Virus record (IMG/VR): IMGVR_UViG_3300040801_002079
Coordinates: 62,001-126,000 of that record
Direction: 5' to 3' (one strand)
Length of the DNA stretch: 64,000 bases
Part shown: piece after piece, positions 21,521 through 33,291 of the stretch
Layout of the letters: every line of letters starts with the position of its first letter
Numbering within the stretch: position 1 is the stretch's first letter
Notes under the pieces: model-generated
The model's input: the letters and a program-made list of their open reading frames with translations, nothing else
Database searches by the model: none
Told to the model about the DNA's origin: nothing
Translations under genes and position numbers: made by a program

Positions 21521-21937
21521 ATGAAATATTGTCCAGTTTGTGAAACAACCAAAGAATTATCTGAATTTAATAGAAATAAAGCAAAGAAGAACGGGGTTGC
21601 TTCTACGTGTCGTGAGTGTATGAAAATTTATAGGTCACGATATTACAAGAAAAACAAAGAACTTGTAATGGAGAAGGCATCTAAGCGTCGAATTGAACTT
21701 AAAGAATGGCTTGAAGATTATAAATCTGATAAAAAATGCATTAAATGTGGAATGGATCATCCAGCAACACTAGACTTCCATCATCGTGATGAATCAGAAA
21801 AAGAATTTAGTATTGCTACTGGCATTGGTCAATTGGGTAAAGGAAAACAATCGTTATTGGATGAAATAAATAAGTGTGATATACTATGTTCAAATTGCCA
21901 TAGAATATTACATTACGAAGAACGTAAGCGGGAGTAG
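21521..21937 (+). CDS. Free-standing HNH homing endonuclease
   Basis: CPVC..CREC N-terminal Zn motif; CIKCG....LDFHH...K...EINKCDILCSNCHR.LH; late promoter 21508-21515. Confidence 0.88.
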   Translation: MKYCPVCETTKELSEFNRNKAKKNGVASTCRECMKIYRSRYYKKNKELVMEKASKRRIELKEWLEDYKSDKKCIKCGMDHPATLDFHHRDESEKEFSIATGIGQLGKGKQSLLDEINKCDILCSNCHRILHYEERKRE

Positions 21938-22003
21938 CTCAGTTGGTAGAGCATCGGCCTTCCAAGCCGATTGTCGCGGGTTCGATCCCCGTCTCCCGCT
22001 CCA
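21928..22003 (+). tRNA. tRNA-Gly(TCC)
   Basis: GCGGGAG/CTCCCGC acceptor, TCGGC-CTTCCAA-GCCGA, GGTTCGATCCC, TCCA; 76 nt. Confidence 0.97.
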
Positions 22004-22006
22004 AAC

Positions 22007-22038
22007 AAAAAGGGAACCATCAGGTTCCCTTTCTTTTT
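22007..22038. terminator. Bidirectional intrinsic terminator
   Basis: AAAAAGGGAACC-ATCA-GGTTCCCTTTCTTTT between convergent units. Confidence 0.8.
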
Positions 22039-25000
22039 ACTTAATCGTTCTTGACAGCAGTTCCGAACAAAAGCTGGGTAAGGATCATCAGACCCCACAT
22101 ATCAACCCAACCAATGCTATTAATCATGGGAAACACATCAATCAAGACATTATTCCACAACCACATAGCGGGCCATGCTAGAAGGAATGACACCACGACT
22201 GCAAAGGCAATCATTCCTAAAAACGCTACAGCAATTTTCATAGACCTCTCCTTACTTGTTTTATTACCCCAATTATAGCAACAACTGCAACGAAAATGCA
22301 AATACCCTGTAAAATTTCCATCTCAACCTCTGGTAGTAGGTTAAAAAGATGCCCACCTCCGTCTCTGGTCCCTGCATACTGGGTTATGGCGTAAACATCA
22401 GGTCAGGACTTTTAGTTTCGATGCAATACCAATTCGATTCTAACGAGGTATGTATGCTTCCCGTTACGTGAAACCAATTTCTTTTCGCTTAAAACCTCCG
22501 TGGCTGATATAGGTGAAGAAAGGGGGTGCGGTTCGCTCCCAGAGGTGCAGTGCGCTCCTCTTCAATTCTCCGCCTAATCTTTAATGTGGTTGAGGTTGTT
22601 TCTTCAGTGTGTATATAGTACTACAAGTCGGATTCCATGTCAACCCTTCGAAGGGCGATTTCCATATCAATTTCCATTCCCTGAACCCACCATTCATCAC
22701 CGTAAGTGCTGTTACCGTCAATGTCCCAGTGTGTCTTTTCATTATTAGGGACAATGGCAGAGCACCCAGAAAGGAATAGGATTGATATAATGATTAGTTT
22801 CTTCATGACAATATTTATTCCACTACCGCAATGTCACCAATGTCATCATCATAGACATTGGAGATACCAGTAAGGGTATATTCATCAACCCATGAGAGTC
22901 CACACTCGTTACACATAATGGACTGCCATGCAATGTTGTTATCAACTTGAATGGAATCACCTTCAAAGTCACATCCCCCACAACGGGGACAGACACTTGA
23001 ATGTTCAAGGTACTTGGAATTTGAGATTGTTTGCACTGATAAAGACCTCTAGCGTATCAATTGCTTTTTGAGCAGAAGTACGATATTTTGAGTGATGGTA
23101 AAATGCACTACCACCTGACAATACATACCTCTCTCGGGTCAAAACATCCTTTGCATCAGAGAGCATAGCAAATATCTCTCGCTCAGTCAAAGACCATGTA
23201 ACATAGTTGCGGGTTTCATCTTCAATAAACCCCAACTCTGGAACACCATCATGAATCAGCAGACTGCTGAACAATGCTGGCAACTGTACTTCATAATATC
23301 TGTTCATACCACTCCCCTTGTGAAAGGATCAGGGGGAGTTTCCTCCCCCGTACCTTACAGGTGGCGACTAATTCTCAATTCTATCGTGTACTGGAACTGC
23401 ACCGTAGAAACGATGACCCAGCATCTTCTCAATTGCGTTACTGAAACGCGAGTCGGAAGTTGCGGCATAGTTTCCACCGAACATCGTCCACTGTCCCTCC
23501 CCCTCAAGAGGAACTAAACGTACACTGTTCAACGGACCCTTTTCCAGTTTGACCGCAGGACAATCATCCTTCGGCTCAAAGGGACCATCGACGTTCACAA
23601 CACAAAGTTCATTGTAGCGATTGGTGACACCGTTGCGGGTGCAATCGTAGGAATCTCGGGTGGTGTAAACGCTAACGATCATTCCCATGTCTCTTCTCCG
23701 TGGTGTGTTTCAGTAGGTATATAGTACCAAAACACACCCTCGAAGTCAAGTCATTGGAGTGAGTTTATAAAACTCCAGTATGGTATCATTGATAATGAAC
23801 CCAGACCCGAACGGTTTGGCTTTTTCAAAATCGTCACGGTCAAAGTAATATTCGTAATACTGTCCATCAAGATCATTACCGTAGATGGAGCAACACCACT
23901 CATCATCAGGATCATCGGGGTTCCATCCATAGTTCTGAGTAGCACATCCGTTTACGTACAGGATATGAGACTGTTCAAGCTGTTCAAAGATATCCATTAC
24001 TGTAATCCCCGTGAACCCATAGGAGCAATCTCCATGACTTCAACATAGTCCTCATTCGGATCATACTGTGACGTACCAGTTTGATCCCCGATTGTGTCCA
24101 GTGCAATACGATCTGCTTCTTCTTCATTAGCAGCATCAATCTCGTATTCACCAGAGACGTAGTAGGTCTTTGACCAATGTACAAGGTAACGTGGCATCAG
24201 TAAAATTTCCTCATGTTACGATGTGATGGGTCCACCGGATTCTTTGGTGGAGGATCAATCCCCAAATCGCAAATTTCACTGCAACCGGGATTACTGAAAT
24301 TGGCATGAATAAAGGGATCAATCTGTGATTCCCTTTCAAACGGACCATACATGGTACAGTCATTTTCTGAGTAAGCGTGTTCGAAGTTACCCAACTGAAG
24401 ATACCATTTACCGTCAGTGGCTTTGAACTTGATACAGGCACGAAGCTGAGACATCACTCTTCCTTCTGAATCTCGTCACAAGCGATTTCAAAATCTTCCA
24501 GTACACTCATACGGGAACGGTTGTACTCTTCCCCGATTCGTCCACAGGCACTTTCAACATCGTTGTAGGTGAAACTGCTGTTCATATAGGCATCCGCAAC
24601 TTCGAATACCTTTTCCATGTAAGTGTGATACGGTGTTCTCATTGTTGCTCCATTATAACATCACGAAACTTGGATTTCCACTCTGTAGAACCAAGGCAGG
24701 CGTGTTGTGCCCACGCATAGACCGGAACTTCTTCTGTATCCAGAGTTCGTCTCCAGATAACTTTCCCGAAGAGCAGGGTTTCTTCAACAAGGTACTGCAT
24801 CTTGTACGGTTCCTCATTAAAAGAACGGGCTAGCACTCGTTTACGAGTCGTGAACATTATTCGTTCTCCCACTTCTCGTAAAGGCGATCACTCATTTCCT
24901 GTACGTCACGATGGTTCACATTCATAATGGCGGCAATGTCACCAGTGGCGTGTGTCAGTGTAACGTAAGAGATGAGTCCATCGAAGTACAGAGAAGTGAC

Positions 25001-25084
25001 TTTCTCAATTGCTTCTTCAAGAACGTGATCCATGATGTTCTCCGTGATTTGATGGACACATAATACCAAAAGAGGGAATGCTTG

Positions 25085-25417
25085 TCAAGCGACAAGCATC
25101 CCGGTCATCGGATTGAAGGTGTAGCGAACACCCTTCAGGGAGCAGGACTTGACCTGTTCCAGATTGATCCGGCGAAATGCACCCTTGGTATCACCCGTGC
25201 GCTCCACCACGTTCATGTCGTACACGGTGAGGACGTTATTGCGCTTGTCCTCTGCTTCCCGGTGACCCTTGGGCAGAACACCCTTGACACCCTTCTTAAC
25301 GTGCATCCGGGCATTCATGGTGCGCAGGGAACCGTCAGTCTTCTTGACGAAGGTGACACCAAAGACCTGATCGGAGTTCCGAACCCGCTCGACAAATTCC
25401 TGAATCGTCATTTCCAT
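25085..25417 (-). CDS. SH3/WYL-like beta-barrel protein
   Basis: FGVTFVKKTDGSLRTM.A...VYDM.....FRRINL pattern. Confidence 0.6.
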   Translation of the reverse strand: MEMTIQEFVERVRNSDQVFGVTFVKKTDGSLRTMNARMHVKKGVKGVLPKGHREAEDKRNNVLTVYDMNVVERTGDTKGAFRRINLEQVKSCSLKGVRYTFNPMTGMLVA

Positions 25418-25495
25418 TGTAGTGCTCCCGTGGTTGATTTCCTTAATGTCTGGTAGACATTGTACACGAATATGGGATAGGTGTCAACCCCTTTG

Positions 25496-25530
25496 AAAAA
25501 GAAAAAGCCCCCGAGTTACTGGGGGCTTCT
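25496..25530 (-). terminator. Intrinsic terminator
   Basis: AAGCCCCC-N8-GGGGGCTT with a T-run on the minus strand. Confidence 0.75.
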
Positions 25531-25532
25531 CT

Positions 25533-25792
25533 TGGTGCATTGGACATGTACACCACATATATAAGTTTCATCCCACATGCCTGAGACTACATCCATTATT
25601 CGCATGGATTACGCCCACTCCGTGACAATAATAGGAGCAACATCCGGGTATATTACGTCAGGAGAGTTATGGATGCCTATAACTTCCTCAGATTCCTGAA
25701 AGATTGTCATGTCCCCATCATATATGGGGTATAGGGCTTTCAGTCGCATTCTCGCTGACCCTACTCAGCAAAGTGGGTGATCAGTCCACGAT
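25533..25792 (-). ncRNA. Candidate ~260 nt highly paired RNA
   Basis: Nested pairings CCCACU/AGUGGG, UGACAAU/AUUGUCA, UCAGGA/UCCUGA, CCCCAU/AUGGGG, AUCCAU/AUGGAU; followed by a terminator. Confidence 0.5.
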
Positions 25793-26067
25793 TCATATAG
25801 TATCAAATCCCTGTGTCCGTGTCAACCCATGGGGAATCAGAAAAGTGAATTGCGAAATCTTCAGACAGTATATGGTTACCGTCTCTGTCCCAATACACAC
25901 GGTATATAACATGGAAGAGACCGCAACGGCGCAACTCACGTACTCGGAATATATGATAGTGCTCACCCTCTTCAGGAACGTAGGAAGCGGCATATTCCTC
26001 AACGGTTTGATTTCCCAGATCAATAAACATGATGACATTATATCATGAAAAAAGTACTACCGAAAGC

Positions 26068-26253
26068 TTGACAGGCACCCTTGTTTTTAGTATAATGTAC
26101 CTACAGTCAAAGGAGAACTAACCCACTCCCAACAGCAAACAATAGGGTTAGGAAGTACCGGAGAGAGGGCCATGAGCAGGGGGAAATCTGTCTTTTTTAT
26201 TTTTTGCGCGAACCTGCTACTACCAGTATAACATATTTTCCAAGAGAATACAA
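26068..26253. ncRNA. Convergent-promoter small RNA module, copy 1
   Basis: TTGACA-17-TATAAT (+) faces TTGTAT-17-TATACT (-); CTAACCC/GGGTTAG stem with a CCCAACAGCAAACA loop. Confidence 0.55.
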
Positions 26254-26308
26254 GCTTGTTTCGAAGTTATTTTTGTGTTAAGCTCTTGGGGCTATGAGAA
26301 AATTGTAC

Positions 26309-26480
26309 TGTTGCATTTTTGCAACACAGTCGCCTATGTGTGGTAAAAAAACAACGGAAGTAAAATTCCGGAATCCCACTGTGCTTGGGTGTTATACCTC
26401 GGTACAACACCACCGTACCACATCACCCCACCAGACCAGAGACTGAATCTCCAATGGGTAAACCCCAATGGGGTTTTATC
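26309..26480. repeat. Origin-like module, copy 1 (TGTTG-N8-CAACA boxes and CACCCCACCAGACC / CCCAATGGGGTTTTA blocks)
   Basis: Direct sequence similarity to 35778-35970. Confidence 0.7.
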
Positions 26481-28399
26481 TATGGGGGTTACATTACGCA
26501 GAGCAGAAAGATAAAGTAACACCAATGTTATAACCTGTTGTACTTCAGGAAATGTCTTTATATTAGATAATGCTAATAAGGTACCATTTCACACTGTACC
26601 ACATTGCATTACATTGTATTACACATGCTTTTAGTAAAACAGGAACACGGTGTGCCTACAATGAGGGCAGTGTTTCTTTACCATGCCCTGATCAACGATG
26701 CCATCCTTTGAATAGGGTAGCAGCACACTGGTAACATTGTATCGATGCACTCTGAGCTTGCAGAGAAGGCTTCTAAGCCGGTTGTTTATAGTATTCAAGA
26801 ACTTCATCATATGATGCTGGGCGACAGCCCTCCTTAGGTACAACGAAGGGTGGAAGACCTTTGCAGCTTCCGTCCAGTAGTATTCCGTTAGGTCTATGCT
26901 CAATGTATGGGAAATAACAATTGCATGATGCTACGTAATACCACTCCCTCTCCATTAGTTTGTGTATATGCTTCATAGCTAAAAACAATTAGGGTTTTCG
27001 ATTTGAAAACCGAAATATCGTTTATGTATTTAGACCGGTAAATCGTTTTTAGGAATCATTCCTACTAACTTGGACACAACTTCTCCTTTGAGAGTTTCAT
27101 CCTCATAGTCAAAAGCGGAGTCATCGAACTCTGACTTTAACAGTAGACCATACCACTCGTCTATGTCACTATCGTATGACACGCAGTAGAGATGACGAGG
27201 ATTCTCATCACAGAACTCATAGTCTGTATATCCCTCATGACGTTGTACTATACCGCAATATTTAAACATGTTACCAGCCTCGTGTTAGGGCATCAAACCC
27301 CTCCGAATGATGCGTTAATGTGACAGGGCCAAATCATCATCATTCCAACTGAGTTTGCCACGTTCCCGGAGACCCGTGTGTTGTTATAGTCTCCTCAAAT
27401 TATTTTATAGTTGGAATGATGCCTGTATTATAGCACTTTCTTCGGCTCCTCTCCAGTGAACAACCGGTGAAAGAAACCGAATAACTTCCATGCAATCCAC
27501 CCCAAGCAAACCAGTGCAAGGGCAAACCAATGGAACCCGAGCATGAATGCATACACAATCAAACCGATTGTGAAGTACACGGCTGCGAAGGTTATGGCAA
27601 ACCCGATAAGGGCGAATATGAAATTGAAAAAGAGTTGAAGTAAGAACATGTCTACACCATGAAGAAAGGCTTTCTTTCTGTCTTCAGATAATGATAAGTC
27701 AGGGGATCATCCTTGGGGTGATCTGCTGGGTACACTTTCCGGAACCAGACTTCGTACTCACTCCAGAACTTCCACCATGGTGAGGTGAAGACGTACTCTA
27801 TGAACACGTAGTGATATTCTTTACCGGTAACCGGCTCGAAGAAGTATTGGGTCTTCCGGGGCTTGTCACTGAAGAGTTTCATCGTTCTGATATCACCTCA
27901 GAGACCCAGAAATCGATAACGTCCCAGTTGATACCAATCTCAGCGTCGAAGCGTCTCCTCAGGTTGTAGAGAACCGTCTTAAGCTCCACCTCAGACAGGG
28001 TGGTGTCATAGTTCTCCTCAGCAATGCTCATTACGTCCTCAGCGCTCCAGAGAATGGCAATGGCAAGACCGTCTTCAATCTTGTCAAGGTTACGCTCCAG
28101 TTGCTGGGCATGATCATATGCTGCATTAGTAAGGAATTGAATCATGATTATACCTCGAAGTCTCCGCTAAGCTCACAGTAGTCTGCAACCCACTCCACCT
28201 CAATACCATCGTGATTGAAACCACGAACGAGGAAGGAATGGTCATTAAGCTTCTTGATAAGTGAGACAGTACTACCTGCGCAGTCCTGTCGGGTGGAATC
28301 CTTGCGGGGCTGGTACGTAACGAACATGTTGTTAACTCCAGTTGGTTTTTGATGATGTAAACATTATAACCGATCATGCCCGAGATGTCAATCCCTCAT

Positions 28400-28430
28400 A
28401 AAAAAAGAGGGTGGATTTCTCCACCCTCTT
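28400..28430 (-). terminator. rII operon terminator
   Basis: AAGAGGGTGGA-GAAA-TCCACCCTCTTTTTTT on the minus strand. Confidence 0.85.
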
Positions 28431-28432
28431 CC

Positions 28433-28537
28433 CAACCTGCTGTTGGGTCTGGTACTCAACACAGGCACTTAGAAAGGAAACCAGACCGTTACCCCTTAGT
28501 ACGTTACACGGATCGCTTCTTAAGGGGACAGCAGTTG
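28433..28537 (-). ncRNA. Three-way-junction structure in the rIIB 3' region
   Basis: CUGCUGU/ACAGCAG closing stem, CCCCUUA/UAAGGGG and GGUCUGGU/ACCAGACC arms. Confidence 0.5.
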
Positions 28538-28544
28538 TCTCCCT

Positions 28545-29759
28545 CTAGGGCAATACGTGAGTCCAGCTTTCCCAATCACGAATCCTGCGAATGGTACGGT
28601 CACTGACACCGAACATCTTGGCAAGTGACGTAAGACTGTCGTAAGCACCCTGTTTCAGAATCTGTCGAATCTGCTTCACGGTCTTATCGTTCAGCTTGGC
28701 ACTTGCAGACGCTACAGGCGCATCATCCTCATCGTCCGTTGCTTCTGTATCATCCCAATCAAAGACTTCATCATCGGAATAGTCATCTGCTTCTACTTCG
28801 AACGCTCCCTCGTTGACACGGGCACCCGCAACAACTTCTTCGTTTAGAGCATCCCAAATGTACTGATCAGGATCACCAGCGCGGAAGTCTCGCGCACCCT
28901 GTCGAGTAACAAACGCATCGACAAGGACATCAGTGTCAGTGTCACGAACTTCCCAACGGAAACCGGACGTATCGAAATCAATTTCATCCTTGACTTCCGG
29001 TGACGGTTCCGAGTACTCGTTGGTGAACCACGGCTTGATGATATCATCCCAAGAGATTGCATCAACAATTTCGTACTTGCAAGCACGACCTTTGGCATTG
29101 TTGTAATCAGTAGGAATGGAAGTCACATCACGGGGATTGACTTTGACCACGACCACCTGATCATGGTTCTCCGTACCATACTGACCGAGATACCCTTCCG
29201 AGCAGAAGTGCAGACCCGTAGAGCAGGTACGTCCACGATTGAAATCACAGTCTGCACGGTTCATTTCCAGAACCTGTCCAACGCTGTTGTCCATCGTGCG
29301 AGTGTAGATATCCTTGAAGTCAGGAGTGACCATCTTGTATGCAAGGAAGTGACCATCAGCAGTGATGGGAAGATTGCAGGCTTCGATGAAACCGTAAATC
29401 TCTTCCACGATGGTTCCGCTCTCATTCGGATTGCTCATCACATTGTCGAGGAACAGAGTCAACGGAGTGATATCAAATCCTTCCTTGAACATTTCCACGA
29501 TACGGGTAGCAAGCAGAGCAGGAATCTTCTCGTACTTCTCTGAGCGGAGGATACCGTTCAGCAGGTACAGACCACCGTTACTTTCGGAAATCAGGCGACC
29601 CTTGATATCCAGAATCGTCGGGACCAGATCAAAGTTCTTGTCACGAATCGCGGCACGAACTTCATTGTATCGGTCATCACCTTTGTTGACTGTCATCGGC
29701 TTACCATCAATCACAAAGACGATGGAAGTCGGAGTCACGGTGTAAGCTAAATTACTCAT
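28545..29759 (-). CDS. rIIB: rIIB lysis-inhibition protein with acidic linker and C-terminal HTH
   Basis: LPITADGHFLAYK, MDNSVG...M.R..CD.....CSTGLH, KVNPRDVTSIPTDYNNAKGRACKY. Confidence 0.95.
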   Translation of the reverse strand: MSNLAYTVTPTSIVFVIDGKPMTVNKGDDRYNEVRAAIRDKNFDLVPTILDIKGRLISESNGGLYLLNGILRSEKYEKIPALLATRIVEMFKEGFDITPLTLFLDNVMSNPNESGTIVEEIYGFIEACNLPITADGHFLAYKMVTPDFKDIYTRTMDNSVGQVLEMNRADCDFNRGRTCSTGLHFCSEGYLGQYGTENHDQVVVVKVNPRDVTSIPTDYNNAKGRACKYEIVDAISWDDIIKPWFTNEYSEPSPEVKDEIDFDTSGFRWEVRDTDTDVLVDAFVTRQGARDFRAGDPDQYIWDALNEEVVAGARVNEGAFEVEADDYSDDEVFDWDDTEATDDEDDAPVASASAKLNDKTVKQIRQILKQGAYDSLTSLAKMFGVSDRTIRRIRDWESWTHVLP

Positions 29760-32158
29760 TTGTTTTCTCCTGTGTTGATACTAACGTTAGCGTAGTCAAT
29801 CACCGCTTTCTGGAACTCTTCTTTCTCACCTGAATACCACGGGGAGGAAACGTGATCCAGAAGTTTTAATTGACTGTTTACATTATCCACCATTTCGGTG
29901 TATTTGTCAACCGTTTCGGCAACAAAATCCGAGGGTTCTGGCAGATCAGAGTCACCCATGAAGCGCACCAATGCTTGAATTGCTTCGAACTTGGCTGACG
30001 GGTAACGCTTGTTAAAAAGTTTCTTAAAGCGAATCAGGGTGCGAACAGGATGGTTCTCATCCAAACGATCAAACTCTTCTTCGCTTACGGATTCGATTCG
30101 GGAAACAACTTTGGATTCACGAATCTTTTCACGAACCGCAATCAGGTTATTACGATTAACCAAATCAACCGGAACTTCCACATTCTCTCGCAGTTCCTTG
30201 ATCAAGTCCTGAATAGGCTTGAAACCGTATGTCAGGGCTTTATCGTACCGTGCGCGAGACAGGGCAAGGATAACCGTATTATCGTGGTCAAAATCCATCT
30301 CACTGTTCAGGTAGTGCTGGATGAATTGCAGATCGTCATATTCCAGACCTTCGATTTCGCACCTGTGCGTTTGGATAATGTACGCATCAGTATCAATCTT
30401 GGTCAGCGGAGTGTAGACATCCGTCCAGTACTTAGTAGAACCAAAACTGTGCTTCTCATGCTTGAACATCCGAGCAACAGGCGTGGTATTCGAACCGTAT
30501 GCAACCGTGCTGATGTTCTTGGGCAGTTCGATACTGGACAGGTAAACCAGTGTCAGATTATCATCGACAACCTCTTCCAGCATTTCCAGTGCATCATCAT
30601 CGTAGGTATCCAGAGTCAGCACTTCGCTACCTTGCAGACCATTTTCTTCTAAGTAGAACTTGATCTTTTTCAGGAACGAGTAACTATTGTCCCTGATGAA
30701 AACAATCCTGCTCTCAGTAGGGTTAATGAAAACATCACTGTTCAGGCGCGAGGTTTTACCATTGTGCTCATTGTACTCTGACCAGCGCAGTTTGTACTGG
30801 CGGTAGTGACCGTGGTTGGCAAGCTTCGTTTCCACGTTACCCTGATCATCTTCAATGTCAATCCATTTCAGGGAAGTGTAGTCACCCCAACCCGTGAGAG
30901 GCAGAGAGATAGCATTCTTGCTGTAACGGAAATTCGGATTTCCGACCATCTTGCGAACACGCTTCGATGACAGGTCAACAATGCTGAAATTGCGATTCAG
31001 GAAAACGGCTTTCTCATAGTCCGTCATAGAATCATCGTCAATGGAATCCAGCACGTAACCCGTGTACTCATCCATCGCTTCACGTTCACGTTCCTGAATC
31101 TTGGCAATCGTATCATCGTCGTACTGCAAATCCTCACGGGAGGCAGTAACCATGACTTCACCAATGTCAAACCGTGCAACCAGATTCTGCTGGAACAGGT
31201 TATTGCTCAGGTAACGAATGTTGTACGCATTATTACCAACGCAAGCGAATCCCTTGTTCCACGAATCACTGTCCAAATCCTCTTCGAACAGGATGAAGTG
31301 TTCACCCTTGTAAGCAACCTTCGGGAACTCCACTTCATCGTTCAACACGACAGGCAGGGGATCAAAGTACTTCAACTGATCCACAATCGCTTTCTTGAAC
31401 GTATGGTAGTCATCGGGAGCAACGGCAATCTTCACTTCCAGACCATTGTCCTCATCAGTATCAACCGTCATCATCAGATTGATTTGCGGCATACCGTGTT
31501 CGTTGGTCAGAATGTTGTAGACCCGCTTGATTCCATTGTACCGATTAGTAACAATGAAGTTATCGGTGTAGGCAAGCGGAGTCTTTGAACCGAGTCCAAA
31601 GGCACCCGTGAAGTCATTCGACTGTTCCTTCGTAGAACGAAAGTAGGTGCTGTAGAGAACCAACGTATCGTCAAACTCGACTGCAACGTCCTTACCGGAG
31701 AAGTCACCGGGAACACGCAGAACCGTTTGCTTGTTGGTATTGTCATACAGGATGGCACCAATGTTAACCGTCTCAGTTTCACCGAGAACGACCATGTTGA
31801 TACCTTCGATTTCCTTGCGGATATCACCGTCAATGAAGATGGTGGATTCACCTTCGTGCTCATTGACAATGTTAGCATTGTGCTTGAAGTAGCGCAGACC
31901 CGTACCGAAATCCTTCACTTCAAAATGAGGATCAAAGGCAGACGGGCAGGATACTTCGAACGGTACTTCCGGCTTACCAGCGGCGATATGTGCATCGTAA
32001 GCATTGGAGCACAGTTCACGAACAATCGTGGATTCGATTTCGGAGTACATTCCACTGGACAGAACGTTAAAGGCTTTACCGTTCATATCAATGCTGAAAT
32101 CGACATTGATGCTCATTCCAGCAGACTGTACAGACTTGGCTTGTGTATTGAGTTTCAT
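29756..32158 (-). CDS. rIIA: rIIA protein (GHKL ATPase N-domain)
   Basis: KAFNVLSSGMY...VRELCSNAYDAH, DFGTGL, STK..SN.FTGAFGLGSKTP.AYTD; ATGA-coupled to rIIB. Confidence 0.95.
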   Translation of the reverse strand: MKLNTQAKSVQSAGMSINVDFSIDMNGKAFNVLSSGMYSEIESTIVRELCSNAYDAHIAAGKPEVPFEVSCPSAFDPHFEVKDFGTGLRYFKHNANIVNEHEGESTIFIDGDIRKEIEGINMVVLGETETVNIGAILYDNTNKQTVLRVPGDFSGKDVAVEFDDTLVLYSTYFRSTKEQSNDFTGAFGLGSKTPLAYTDNFIVTNRYNGIKRVYNILTNEHGMPQINLMMTVDTDEDNGLEVKIAVAPDDYHTFKKAIVDQLKYFDPLPVVLNDEVEFPKVAYKGEHFILFEEDLDSDSWNKGFACVGNNAYNIRYLSNNLFQQNLVARFDIGEVMVTASREDLQYDDDTIAKIQEREREAMDEYTGYVLDSIDDDSMTDYEKAVFLNRNFSIVDLSSKRVRKMVGNPNFRYSKNAISLPLTGWGDYTSLKWIDIEDDQGNVETKLANHGHYRQYKLRWSEYNEHNGKTSRLNSDVFINPTESRIVFIRDNSYSFLKKIKFYLEENGLQGSEVLTLDTYDDDALEMLEEVVDDNLTLVYLSSIELPKNISTVAYGSNTTPVARMFKHEKHSFGSTKYWTDVYTPLTKIDTDAYIIQTHRCEIEGLEYDDLQFIQHYLNSEMDFDHDNTVILALSRARYDKALTYGFKPIQDLIKELRENVEVPVDLVNRNNLIAVREKIRESKVVSRIESVSEEEFDRLDENHPVRTLIRFKKLFNKRYPSAKFEAIQALVRFMGDSDLPEPSDFVAETVDKYTEMVDNVNSQLKLLDHVSSPWYSGEKEEFQKAVIDYANVSINTGENK

Positions 32159-33291
32159 ATGACCTTCCGTGTAAAGGTTAATCTCTAAATGTGGATACAT
32201 TATAGGTGATATCGTATCCAATGTCAAGTGCTTAGTGAAACTTTTTTTAAACTAGATTTCGGGCTTCCATTTCATCGATGATGTTCTGGTACAACTGGAA
32301 CACCTCTGGGGGCGGAGTACATTCTTCACACATAGAGTTTAGGGTGCCTTCCACACTCTTGTGCATCATTTGTAAATCTTCATCCGCAAGTTCTGATAGT
32401 ATTATAGGACTACCTTTCTGCATTGTCAAGGTACTCGTTTCCAGAGTCAACCAATAAGTTTACCACATTTTTACTGATCATGTCAAATATCGTACTGAAC
32501 TCATCTTCCTTGGTTTGCTCTGGTACAGCCGCAAGAGATGGATTACATAGGGCAAACTCCAGAAGCATACGAGATTGAACAGCAGCAGCATCCTCAGCGT
32601 GTTTTCGCATGTTGGCTCGTATGGCATCAACATCCGCTTTATGTTCGCTTAGACGTTGCTCCAGAAATAATTCGAATTGTTGTACTTTCTTATCCCAAGG
32701 GTTCATAATGTTATAGTTATCCTTTCAGTACTCTTATTTATAGAAATCAGGACAACAAGTTAACTTTGGGAACAAACTCAATCATATCCATGACAGTGTA
32801 TGCTGTATCCCATTCTTCTGGCATTGGGAGAGTCGGGATCACTTCATCGATGTACAGACCGACATCTGGACGATAGGGTTCAAAGTTAACATGATCCTGA
32901 ATGTCAGAAACAATATCATCAGCGTGATCCTCAGAGGTTGCTTCCACAATAAAGAAGGCAGGGACAATGTAACGTTTCGTAGACATCATAGTTTCCTCTA
33001 GATGACTTCACCGTCAAACACTTCCAGATCACGAATGAGCATGTTATCCATGGTCCAGTTGGTCATCAGGGAATTAACGTATTCAATGACTTTGGCATTG
33101 ACTGAGTTTAGATCAACAGTGCTATAGATGCAGCGGCTTGATCCCGAATCGGGGCGGCACATTACAAGGTAATCCAGATCACTAATGCGATAGCTTGCAA
33201 TGAGAGGTCCTTCATGCTGGTACTTCTCAAAGTGAAGCTTGGCTAGCATTTCATTCGTGCTGGGCATAATGTTCTCCGTGTAAAGAAAAAG

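Noticed and set aside
25540-25785. Hammerhead-like CUGAUCA...GAAAC
   Set aside because: The core deviates from CUGAnGA, and no stem III with an NUH cleavage triplet could be built
26580-26628. ACATT/GTACC micro-repeats
   Set aside because: Short and degenerate; cannot be distinguished from low-complexity sequence
31670-31890. Intein in rIIA
   Set aside because: No N-terminal Cys/Ser block or C-terminal His-Asn followed by Cys/Ser/Thr, and too short
30009-32188. Plus-strand ORFs opposite rIIA and other early genes
   Set aside because: Antisense shadows of biased codon usage, with no RBS or motifs
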